Positions 9,036-17,551 of a stretch of DNA of 64,000 nucleotides are shown piece after piece. This stretch comes from an uncultured Gammaproteobacteria bacterium. GTDB taxonomy: Bacteria > Patescibacteriota > Patescibacteriia > Magasanikbacterales > GWA2-37-8. The translations under genes and the position numbers were made by a program. The stretch covers positions 1,212,312 through 1,276,311 of the forward strand of contig CAZQUL010000001.1 of the NCBI GenBank assembly GCA_964596525.1, in the 5' to 3' direction. Positions within the stretch are counted from its first letter, which is position 1. Every line of letters starts with the position of its first letter. A model generated the notes under the pieces. It saw only the letters and a list, made by a program, of their open reading frames with translations, had not been told where the DNA came from and did no database searches.

Positions 9036-12000
9036 TTAGGTATTGATACTAACAAATTTTTTCCAATCTCTTACAGCACTATCCCAATCTTTGTTCGAGA
9101 TAAATCCGGGATCATCATAATTTTTCCTTATCTTATACAGTTGCATTAAGCCCTTTCGCGCAATATTGTACGCCCCGTTTGCATCTCCGTTTGTAATTAC
9201 TGACAAATTACCGTTCATCTCTGATTTTCGAGAATCAAACGAACAAGACGGACACTCTATATAGTCGGCGTCGCTTCCTGTCTTTTCTTTATTGTAATTT
9301 CTTATCTGTGTAATAAGATTGAAGTAGAAAATTATTGCTTGAAAAAACTCAGTTTCCAATATTCTTCCTCTCTCCACCAATTGTTTGCTTATATCTTTCA
9401 GCTCAACACCATTCTTCTGAAATAAAGATTTCAGATTAGTTGTTATGGAGTTACTAACCCCGTCATTAAATTCAATCGTTCTACTTTCAACATCATTCCA
9501 TTTCGTCCTGGAAACATTCGAAAAAACCACATCAACTCCTTCGTAGAAATCATTCTTGCCTTTATTTTTACATTCCTGCTTCCATGCATATTCAAAACTG
9601 AAGCGATCTTTTACCGAATCATAAGAAATTTTAATATCACCAGACTTTAATAATTTAATGATCTTTTCTTTAGACTCAGAATTCTTTATGTGGAGTCTTT
9701 TGCGCCAGCCGCATTTTGGATGAGGGCAAATTTTTGATGTATAACTAGCCGGAATATAAATTACCGCACCAATCTGGTTGTTTTTCTCCATCTGTTCTAC
9801 AGAATCGATTAATGGGGTAAGCTGATATGCCCCTCTAAAATTGGCACGTTCTTTATCGACCAAATAACCAAGCTTATCAATCAAAGATTTTTCAAAAGCT
9901 TGATATACTTGCCTTTCACGGAAAAATCTTGTTTTCTTAAAATTACCACCCAGGTCTTCGAGCACGTTCAACGTGGCAATGCCTCGATCAAAACCAGAAA
10001 AAATCTCACGTGAAATCCAGTGAATTACATTACCCAGATATGCTTCCTTTAAGGATCTGATGGGCGTCATCTTTTGCCAATTCTTCTGCTCCCAGTCCCG
10101 CTGCCCTTCCCGACTTACCAATAGTTGAAAATAATCGACTGGTTCTTTTACCTCAGTGCCGTCGGCTAATTTTCTAACTTTTTCACCGACTTTATTTAAA
10201 CTTCCGCACTTGCGATCCTCAATCTCACCATATTCGTTCAAAATACAATAATAAATAAGATTATTTTCACCCCGATCCATACCTAGGATTCTTACCGGAA
10301 CTTGAGCGATAAGTTTTTTATTTATCTCTTTATTGAATTCATCTAAGTCCATCTGCTTACCGAAATTCAATCGTATTTTAAGATGTAAAATTAAAGCATC
10401 TTTTGCGAACCGCCGGTGCTGTATTACTTCTTTTTCTTTATTTCCATCTCTTTGATCAATAAAAACAATATCTTTTCCGTTTTTTTGATATGTTTTTAAC
10501 CTCACATCTTCCGTCTTTGGACGGAACCTTATTTCTGCCTTTCCATCAAGTTCGTAGATACACTTGCTTGTGTCTTTACTTTTAATATTGGCAATATTCT
10601 CTAAGCTAAAAAGTTCAAAAAAATATTGAGTAAACAGATTTACTTTAGAAGGCAGATTAGCTTGCTTATACGGATTATTTTTACCTAATTTATTTTCAAT
10701 ATCATAAAAATCTTTTGTATGTATCCTGAATAAGAAAAGGCTGCCATCTTTAATATTTTTTTGAACATAATTTTTATTTACTCTTTTCAGATCAATCCAA
10801 TAAGCCTGCCTCTGAACATGAGCAACAAAATCATCTCTATCTTTGTAGTCCTGTGGTCGTCTAAAATTTAGATTAAAGCGTCTCCAGTCGTCCCTTTTTC
10901 CTAAACAGGAAATATAATATTCGATAAGTTGATCCATTTTCTCTTTAGGAAAATTAAAATCTAATCTTTTTTCTTTTTTTCGCAGCTCCTTAAACTCGTC
11001 GTATTCTTTCTTTATGTTTATATATTTCTCTAATTTTTCTAGATCACCATCTAAAAATTCTTCGGCGAGTTTCAACTTCTTATTTTTCAATTCCTCAGGT
11101 TTTTTCTTGTCATTAGCTTTTCCAAAGGCAATGCCCTCGAATTTGCCAATATCAAGTTGTTTGTACTCTATCTTTTCATAATAATCTTCATCATCAGCTA
11201 TATTATAAGCTTCTTTAACCTCTTCAATTTTTTTGCCAAACTTTTTGTGAAATAAATCACCTCTCTTATTCCCAACACCTAAGTAATACTCATTATTCTT
11301 ACGCAGTAGAACGCCGTGATAATCTAGCTCCTTATTCATATCCCACCCATCCAAAAGATGATCGGCACCGAAGTTCAATTTAATTTCTTTTGTAGTATTC
11401 CGAGATCTCTTTTTTAGATAATTGCCAAATTTATCAAAGTAGATAAACGGAACAAAATCATCGCCTATAAACCCGTCAAATTTTTCATAAAAACCTCTAT
11501 CCTTCTCACCTTCATCGATTTTTGTTTCCTGCTCTTCATTCAACCAAAATATTTCTGCTCGTTTTACAATATCTAAGACTGCCCTTGAATAACTAAGAAC
11601 AGCGAGACAGAAATCCCCTTCGTCCTCATCTCTCATTTTTTCATCATTCTTAACTTTATCCTCAAACCATCTGATTGCTTTTTCCAAAACAATCTTTTTC
11701 TGCTCCAAAGGAATTACGGCCTCCTTTTTTCCTCCCATGACTATCGTTTCGCCTCCTAAAATCAATAAATCTACCTCATGTTTCAAAAGTGAGATGAAGA
11801 CCTCAAACTGATCTCTATTTTCAGCGATATTATCAAAGGAATTTTTATATTCCAATCGGTTATTTTTAAAAAAATTCTTGATATCATCAAAAGTAACAAG
11901 GTCTAAAACAGTCCGCCCGTCATGAAAAATAGCCATAAATTTTTCCGGTTCTCGAAAAATCTTATTTGCAAATGTATTTACTTTATTCTTCGCCAAAAAG

Positions 12001-13235
12001 ACTTTGGAAAGATTTATCCCATTCTTATCATGATCCAAAAAGAAGGATAGCAGGCCCTGGGCTTTTGCAACTTTTTCTTCACTATGTACCAAAAAGAAAT
12101 TCAATTCACGGATCAAATCAGAATCATTCTCAATGAATATTTCTTTTCGAAAGATCTGAGAAAGAATTCTTTTCTGCAGACGTACAAAAAAGGGATATTC
12201 CCTTTTGTTAAACTTACTTCTTTCTTGACCTTTTTTCTTCTGTTTTTGAAGTTCCTTATGTTCGCTCTGTTTTTTTTGAATATAAAGGTTAACAACCTGA
12301 TTAAGACCAATACCACTTACCATCCTTTCTTTTTTATGAGATTCACCACCTAAAATTCTTGCATAGTTATCAATACCTTGCTGGGTAATGCAGTTATTAT
12401 AATAGTCAACGTCAAAAATACCAGGCTTCTCGTCTTCATTATTTCGACACAATCTCTCCGTGATTAACGAAAAATCAATATCAGTATTTTTATAGTTATC
12501 TTGGTAATTTTTTATATTCTTGTAAAAGAGCTCAAAATTACTCAAAATCCTTTCACTCAAAGACCCCTTCTTACCTTTTACCGAATAAAGAAGTTCTCTC
12601 TTTTTACAGAAATCAGCTAAATACCCAGCGTCCATTTCAAAAATATTTTTTGGACTACCCTGTTTATCTTGATATTCAATATCAGGAAATTCTAGCTCTT
12701 TATGGTTATTTTTTTCTCGTAAATCCTTTACTTCAGCTGAAGTAAAGCTCTCTTTTAATTTTAAAAGGCATTTTTTTGGAGATAAGTCGTCCGCTCCCGC
12801 CTTTTTAAAAACTCTATCAATTTGCTCTAGCAGAGCACCTTGAGCGAGCAAGAGCCTAGTTTTTAATTCTTTAATTTTCATCTTCTTTTCATTTTTATCA
12901 GAATCTTTATCTTTTTTACCTTGAGCCAAGGCATCTAAAGCAGCGGCATAGTTGAGCAGGTCTTTCTTCTCAAAATTTAAACTTCTCAACGAATTATCAA
13001 TAATCTTTCGATGTAGAATATCTAAATAAAATTTAACAACCTTAATATTCTCGGCCATTTTCTTATCAGCTTCGATAATTCCATGGCTTTTTAAAGCACT
13101 CCATTCTTCATCTTCAACCAGCTCATTAGTTCTATCATCTACTTTCAAGGGGACGAGCCTAAATTGAAGAGTTCTGGATAATTCGTATAAATTTTTAAAC
13201 TCCTCAATCTTACCAACTCCTTTTTCTTTTGACAT
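9036..13235 (-). CDS. cas12a: Cas12a (Cpf1) type V-A effector nuclease, about 1399 aa from ATG 13235 (1407 aa from an alternative TTG at 13259)
   Basis: N-terminal LYELSRTLQFRLVPL matches the Cas12a WED motif (compare LSKTLRFELIP). RuvC-I is LGMDRGENNLIYY, RuvC-II is VLEDLGGNFKKTRF, and RuvC-III/Nuc is NGDANGAYNIARKG. Gene order is cas12a-cas4-cas1-cas2-array. The gene is strongly AT-rich. Confidence 0.92.
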   Translation of the reverse strand: MSKEKGVGKIEEFKNLYELSRTLQFRLVPLKVDDRTNELVEDEEWSALKSHGIIEADKKMAENIKVVKFYLDILHRKIIDNSLRSLNFEKKDLLNYAAALDALAQGKKDKDSDKNEKKMKIKELKTRLLLAQGALLEQIDRVFKKAGADDLSPKKCLLKLKESFTSAEVKDLREKNNHKELEFPDIEYQDKQGSPKNIFEMDAGYLADFCKKRELLYSVKGKKGSLSERILSNFELFYKNIKNYQDNYKNTDIDFSLITERLCRNNEDEKPGIFDVDYYNNCITQQGIDNYARILGGESHKKERMVSGIGLNQVVNLYIQKKQSEHKELQKQKKKGQERSKFNKREYPFFVRLQKRILSQIFRKEIFIENDSDLIRELNFFLVHSEEKVAKAQGLLSFFLDHDKNGINLSKVFLAKNKVNTFANKIFREPEKFMAIFHDGRTVLDLVTFDDIKNFFKNNRLEYKNSFDNIAENRDQFEVFISLLKHEVDLLILGGETIVMGGKKEAVIPLEQKKIVLEKAIRWFEDKVKNDEKMRDEDEGDFCLAVLSYSRAVLDIVKRAEIFWLNEEQETKIDEGEKDRGFYEKFDGFIGDDFVPFIYFDKFGNYLKKRSRNTTKEIKLNFGADHLLDGWDMNKELDYHGVLLRKNNEYYLGVGNKRGDLFHKKFGKKIEEVKEAYNIADDEDYYEKIEYKQLDIGKFEGIAFGKANDKKKPEELKNKKLKLAEEFLDGDLEKLEKYINIKKEYDEFKELRKKEKRLDFNFPKEKMDQLIEYYISCLGKRDDWRRFNLNFRRPQDYKDRDDFVAHVQRQAYWIDLKRVNKNYVQKNIKDGSLFLFRIHTKDFYDIENKLGKNNPYKQANLPSKVNLFTQYFFELFSLENIANIKSKDTSKCIYELDGKAEIRFRPKTEDVRLKTYQKNGKDIVFIDQRDGNKEKEVIQHRRFAKDALILHLKIRLNFGKQMDLDEFNKEINKKLIAQVPVRILGMDRGENNLIYYCILNEYGEIEDRKCGSLNKVGEKVRKLADGTEVKEPVDYFQLLVSREGQRDWEQKNWQKMTPIRSLKEAYLGNVIHWISREIFSGFDRGIATLNVLEDLGGNFKKTRFFRERQVYQAFEKSLIDKLGYLVDKERANFRGAYQLTPLIDSVEQMEKNNQIGAVIYIPASYTSKICPHPKCGWRKRLHIKNSESKEKIIKLLKSGDIKISYDSVKDRFSFEYAWKQECKNKGKNDFYEGVDVVFSNVSRTKWNDVESRTIEFNDGVSNSITTNLKSLFQKNGVELKDISKQLVERGRILETEFFQAIIFYFNLITQIRNYNKEKTGSDADYIECPSCSFDSRKSEMNGNLSVITNGDANGAYNIARKGLMQLYKIRKNYDDPGFISNKDWDSAVRDWKKFVSINT

Positions 13236-13268
13236 ATGATATGACTTAAAAAATAACAAAAATCAAAA

Positions 13269-13340
13269 AGGGACGACGGTTGTTGCCCAATAGATGTGCT
13301 TACCAAACGGTTAAGCGCTAAAGGACCGTCGCCCCTTTTT
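13269..13340. terminator. Long-loop hairpin with flanking A/T runs between the NUDIX gene and cas12a; putative insulating terminator
   Basis: agggacgacggt(13269-13280)/accgtcgcccct(13325-13336), with one mismatch, flanked by aaaaa and ttttt. Confidence 0.3.
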
Positions 13341-13500
13341 AGTGCCTAACGGCATAAGGGGTGAAGGTAATAACATCTATTGTGGCAACATTCTGACTAT
13401 ACAGAACTCTGCTCAAAAAATCGAGCACGCCTCATGTGGATAGATTTTTTGGGATTAAAATTTGGACCGATCTTACATGATCCTAGATAAAATAAGAATA

Positions 13501-13531
13501 AAGTCCCCACTTGAAACTGGGGACTCTTTTT
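13501..13531 (-). terminator. Rho-independent terminator downstream of the NUDIX gene
   Basis: Stem agtcccca/tggggact with loop cttgaaac. A U-rich tract follows on the minus strand. Confidence 0.5.
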
Positions 13532-13565
13532 AGAAGCTAGTTGTTTTAGGAAAAAATAACTATTC

Positions 13566-13970
13566 TTACTGCCCACTCCACACCACTCCCCCACCCTCCC
13601 CTTTCTCAAAAAACTCCACCACTCTTTGTCTTTGCCGTGCTTTAAATGTCTCTGGAAGCTCATCGAGTGAAAAATACCCCACCATATCCGCCTCATCGCT
13701 CGTGGTAGGAACTTCATCGGTAGCGTAACCCAAAAAGGTAAACACTAAATCATTCTCTTTGGGTTTAAAATCCACACGTAAAAGCTTCTCGAGTTGTATA
13801 GTCGTGAGTCCGACCTCTTCTTTGATTTCGCGTATAGCCGCATCCCAGGGCGACTCCCCTTCTTCAACATGTCCGCCCGGGAGGTTCCAGGCGTCCCGGT
13901 CGCGACGGTGACACAAGAGGATTTTGTTGGTTTTCTGGTCAAGAATGATGGTGAAAGCGCCGAGGGTCAT
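13566..13970 (-). CDS. NUDIX hydrolase
   Basis: The Nudix box GGHVEEGESPWDAAIREIKEEVGL (GX5EX7REUXEEXGU) is present. Confidence 0.75.
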   Translation of the reverse strand: MTLGAFTIILDQKTNKILLCHRRDRDAWNLPGGHVEEGESPWDAAIREIKEEVGLTTIQLEKLLRVDFKPKENDLVFTFLGYATDEVPTTSDEADMVGYFSLDELPETFKARQRQRVVEFFEKGEGGGVVWSGQ

Positions 13971-14707
13971 AGCTGCTGGTCTACTGAGTTAATACAGCAC
14001 ACGTCTGGCCCTGCGATTGAATCACCAAACACAACGGTAACAACGGCGACGCGCAAATCTTCATTTCCTGGGGTAGGCGCAAGAGCGGCATACACATGAC
14101 CCGCGATTTCTTGCGCAGTACCCCCTTGTACATTAACCGCAAGCGGGCCACCAATAAACGACGGAGTCGGACGGATATTTGGGCCATTATACGTGGAAAT
14201 GAGCTGAAGTGCATTTGAAGAATCTGTGATGCTATAACAAGCATGCTCAGGGTTTTCACGGCCGTCGTTGCGAGTGCTATGCAGAGCACCGCTCCACGCG
14301 CCATTGGTTTGTAACCAACAGCCGGTTATGCGCGGCGTGGAGTATTTATCTGGTTCGAAGGAAGTATTTTTTAAATCGTGGTTTAGTTGTTCCTCGGCGG
14401 AAATGGCGCGCAGATTGGTAATCAAATCGGTTTGGCGTCCGTTTCCCATGATTAAACCATTGGGAAAGAAATAAACGGCGGTGTAGTCGAGGAGGGTAAG
14501 ATCGCCTTGGGCCATAATGGTGCGATCGGTTGGTTCTACGTGCACGCGGGTATGGTCTGGGCTCAGCACATACCGTTTTACTCGACTAGCCTGACTGCGC
14601 GCCGTTACGCCATACACCGCGATATGGTGGTTATTTTTAACACCTAAAATAAGGAACCTACCAGGGTACGGTCTTTGTTTAAAAAATTCGGGGAGGTTGA
14701 TAGTCAT
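13967..14707 (-). CDS. IMP cyclohydrolase-like protein (PurO family), putative
   Basis: The N-terminal GRFLILGVKNNHHIAVYGVTARSQASR pattern resembles archaeal PurO (GRFLIVG...YRVSSRS). Overlaps the NUDIX start by 4 nt. Confidence 0.5.
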   Translation of the reverse strand: MTINLPEFFKQRPYPGRFLILGVKNNHHIAVYGVTARSQASRVKRYVLSPDHTRVHVEPTDRTIMAQGDLTLLDYTAVYFFPNGLIMGNGRQTDLITNLRAISAEEQLNHDLKNTSFEPDKYSTPRITGCWLQTNGAWSGALHSTRNDGRENPEHACYSITDSSNALQLISTYNGPNIRPTPSFIGGPLAVNVQGGTAQEIAGHVYAALAPTPGNEDLRVAVVTVVFGDSIAGPDVCCINSVDQQL

Positions 14708-14760
14708 AAAAAGAGGTATTCTGATAACAGAAAACCACCTGTATCACAGATGGTCAAGTC

Positions 14761-16611
14761 TTAGCACCCCGGCGGCAGGCCGCAGGAGTTAATAGCAACA
14801 ACGTCAGCCCGGGCCGATGGTTCGCAGACCGCGCCCGCGACGGATTCACTGAAGGGCGTAAAAAGATGCGACTGCGAGCCGGAGGCAGAAAAACGCTGGC
14901 GATAGAGCGGGCAGGTGTTCATATACGGCGTCCGCTTGGGCGTTCGGGGGCCCATTCCGGAGTTGAAGAAATGTCCCAACTCGAGGAAGCAGTTCCACCC
15001 GAGCCCTTCGAGTGCGGTTCGTTCACCACCGTCTTTTTTGGTAATGACATGGTCGATGCCGCGACTGCACTGCACCCAGAGCGATGTGCTACCATCACTC
15101 CACGCTACGGCCGGAACCGCGAATAAGGTGAACTCGCGATCGTAGGCCGCGCAGGCAAACGGTGGTGTGGAACCAACGCCGTAACATCGTGCGCCGGTGA
15201 TAGGATCTTTGAAGCGGGTGATCCACTTCCAGCACGTCGTTGGATCATCGATAATGCCGTTGCCGTCGTCGTCAAATCCGTTGCAGACTTCGGTAGGGCG
15301 GGTCATATCGGTTGCACCCAAATCACGAGGTGGCATCGCCATGTCCGGCACCATGCCTGAACTGTCCTTGCAGGCGTTGCCGCTGCAGCCGTAGGGGCAC
15401 GACGTGAAGGTGAAAGAGCACCCGTCGTTCGCGCACTGGAAGACGCGCGAAGAATCCGCGCAGTAGACGGAGTACGGCGTGCAGGACAGTGCCCGGCAGG
15501 TCGCACCGTTACAGCCGCAGATGCAGGCTTCGGGGCGGCAGCTGGGGGTGAGGTCGGGTGGGGGTGGTGGGGTGGACATGTCTTTGGGTGGTGGGAGAGA
15601 GAGGTCGGGAGGGGTGGGCGGAGCAGAATTAGCCCCGACACAACTTCCAGCACTAGCGCAGGTGGTTTTTGAACACCAATCAAGGATTTCCACATCTCCA
15701 TCAGGAGAACAGGTGAGAAGAGCTGCGTTTTCGTAGATGGAATAGGCATCTTTACACCTGACAGCCCCCGGCACGCATATCTTGGTCGCCTGTAGCGCTA
15801 CCCCTTCAGATCCAATAAGGCGCTGATAGGCTAAAACCAGCGACCAATAAGGTGGGACATAGGCAAAATCCTGGTTGTCGCGCAAGTATTTTCCATCTTC
15901 ACCCTTCTCTCGTTTTAGAATACCGAAGTGCAGGTGAACAGAGGTAGGCTGAACCGCGACTTGAGAAACGAAACCGATAACCTGGCCACGCTTAACTTCC
16001 TGGCCAATTTTAAGAGTTACTCTTTGAAGCACCCTGGTCACTATCTTCCTTTTACCGTCGACAATAACTTCTATATCTTCTTCCTGTGTTGCCGACATGT
16101 GAAGATACTCATAACGCCTTCCATCGTCCAGAGTTCGCAAACCGACTCCACCATTTGTCGCCCACGATGTCCACCTGACCACGGAATCTTCAACAGCAAC
16201 GACCTCATACCAGGCCTTCCTTTTGCTAGCGGGCCTGATATCCTGACCCTGGTGCGCCCAATGACTCGGGCATAACTTTGCCGAGTGAACATTATCATCG
16301 CGTCTCTCGCAAAAGTTATCGCGCCAAGGGTAACGGAAATTAACCGGATTGGCCCACCAATAGTCCGTATTTTTGTAACCACTCCCTCCCGGACTATAGT
16401 ACTGGGAGTTAAGGTAGGCCGGAGCTTTAAGCGGAAATACTATATCAGGAGCGTGGACCGTAAAATCCACCAGTCCGGTACCGCCATTAAAGGCAGCCGA
16501 CTCCTTGAGCAGATTTCCGGGTGGATAAAAAGAAAAAATTTCCGTCTCGGCCCTTACCTTATTTGCGTAAGAGAGAAGGATGAAAAGTGCGCTTATCGCC
16601 GTTGTACGCAT
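14761..16611 (-). CDS. Secreted M23 (LytM-type) metallopeptidase with a Pro-rich linker and a Cys-rich C-terminal domain
   Basis: Signal peptide present. The motif VSQVAVQPTSVHLHFGIL (HxH) is preceded by an HxxxD-type region. A PPTPPDLSLPPP...PPPPPDLTPSC linker is followed by about 25 Cys residues. Confidence 0.6.
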   Translation of the reverse strand: MRTTAISALFILLSYANKVRAETEIFSFYPPGNLLKESAAFNGGTGLVDFTVHAPDIVFPLKAPAYLNSQYYSPGGSGYKNTDYWWANPVNFRYPWRDNFCERRDDNVHSAKLCPSHWAHQGQDIRPASKRKAWYEVVAVEDSVVRWTSWATNGGVGLRTLDDGRRYEYLHMSATQEEDIEVIVDGKRKIVTRVLQRVTLKIGQEVKRGQVIGFVSQVAVQPTSVHLHFGILKREKGEDGKYLRDNQDFAYVPPYWSLVLAYQRLIGSEGVALQATKICVPGAVRCKDAYSIYENAALLTCSPDGDVEILDWCSKTTCASAGSCVGANSAPPTPPDLSLPPPKDMSTPPPPPDLTPSCRPEACICGCNGATCRALSCTPYSVYCADSSRVFQCANDGCSFTFTSCPYGCSGNACKDSSGMVPDMAMPPRDLGATDMTRPTEVCNGFDDDGNGIIDDPTTCWKWITRFKDPITGARCYGVGSTPPFACAAYDREFTLFAVPAVAWSDGSTSLWVQCSRGIDHVITKKDGGERTALEGLGWNCFLELGHFFNSGMGPRTPKRTPYMNTCPLYRQRFSASGSQSHLFTPFSESVAGAVCEPSARADVVAINSCGLPPGC

Positions 16612-16650
16612 GGTAACCCTCTTTGTTTTCTAGAAGTGTTTAACTTCTGA

Positions 16651-17319
16651 TTACTTACCACTTCCACCTACGTAAACCAAGCTTTCAATGAAAGACCTAA
16701 CGTAGGAGTCCTGCAAGCAACGCTGGTCGTTTATTGTGGAGCAGACCAGGACAATCGAGTAAGCCACATCACCGTTTTCCACCCAGTCTGCAGTTAACGG
16801 AGCCCCTTCACGCCCACCATCACCGGTAATCCAACCGATCGAAACTTTCCGCTTTCCAATCATTAAATAATCATCTTTCGGACGATTAGGATCGGAAAGA
16901 TAAGCGGGGACTGGAGCATTGGACCGAGTACTAACGTTTGTAGCATCGATGGTGAAGTCTAATCCGTTAACTGGCTCTGTAGACCCAAAGCCATAACTAA
17001 CATCGGTAGGATGCATCATGATTCCGGCAGCCAAAAGCTTGGGATCACTCGGAACGAGGACTGGTACACCGGAAAGTGATACTTTAGCACGTTCTTCGGT
17101 CTTGATTTGGGCAAGGGCAGTTTGACTGACCGATGACACTGACGGCCATTCAACGGGACCGATAACCCGTTCTGAAGTATACCTCGGAACACTCGTCGTA
17201 GCTTTCGGATACGCTTCACCGCCCGGGGTAAACCCATTACACCGCATGCCCACGAGGGCAAGCGTGCCGAGGCCGAGAGTGATGAGAAAGGTGCGCAGAT
17301 GAGAAGAAGAGGTTTTCAT
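16651..17319 (-). CDS. Hypothetical secreted/lipoprotein; start set at the internal Met MKTSSSHL, which has an AGGAG RBS
   Basis: Signal-like LITLGLGTLALVGMRC. AGGAG lies 7 nt upstream of ATG 17319. The longer ORF-track N-terminus is probably spurious. Confidence 0.45.
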   Translation of the reverse strand: MKTSSSHLRTFLITLGLGTLALVGMRCNGFTPGGEAYPKATTSVPRYTSERVIGPVEWPSVSSVSQTALAQIKTEERAKVSLSGVPVLVPSDPKLLAAGIMMHPTDVSYGFGSTEPVNGLDFTIDATNVSTRSNAPVPAYLSDPNRPKDDYLMIGKRKVSIGWITGDGGREGAPLTADWVENGDVAYSIVLVCSTINDQRCLQDSYVRSFIESLVYVGGSGK

Positions 17320-17551
17320 AGAGTTCTCCTTAGTGCCACGCGATGTGGCAAGGTGACTAGATTGTTGAGGCAGTGTAGCACGACGCGGTGAAGTAGTCAT
17401 AGCGAACTCCTCGGGCTGAGTTGTCAACGAGCGAACTGAGGCAACAAAAAAGCTGCCGAGCATGCAGCAGCGCGTCCCCCATTGAGAACAACCTACACCA
17501 TAAAAAAATGTTGTAAAGGGTTTGCTGTGGAAGATAAATAAAAGATAAAAT

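Noticed and set aside
12084-12353. Small plus-strand ORFs inside and antisense to cas12a
   Set aside because: They are AT-rich and low-complexity, with no RBS or start context, and are fully contained in the Cas12a coding region.
6139-13259. Possibility that the locus is type II or another type V subtype needing a tracrRNA
   Set aside because: There are no Cas9 HNH/RuvC or other Cas12-subtype hallmarks. The repeat carries the Cas12a-specific UCUACU-N4-GUAGAU pseudoknot, and the gene order with cas4 is canonical V-A. No anti-repeat was noticed in flanking non-coding DNA.
13397-13717. 106-aa minus-strand ORF overlapping the NUDIX gene 3' end and its terminator
   Set aside because: It overlaps a well-supported NUDIX CDS in another frame and spans the terminator hairpin. 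It has no family resemblance.
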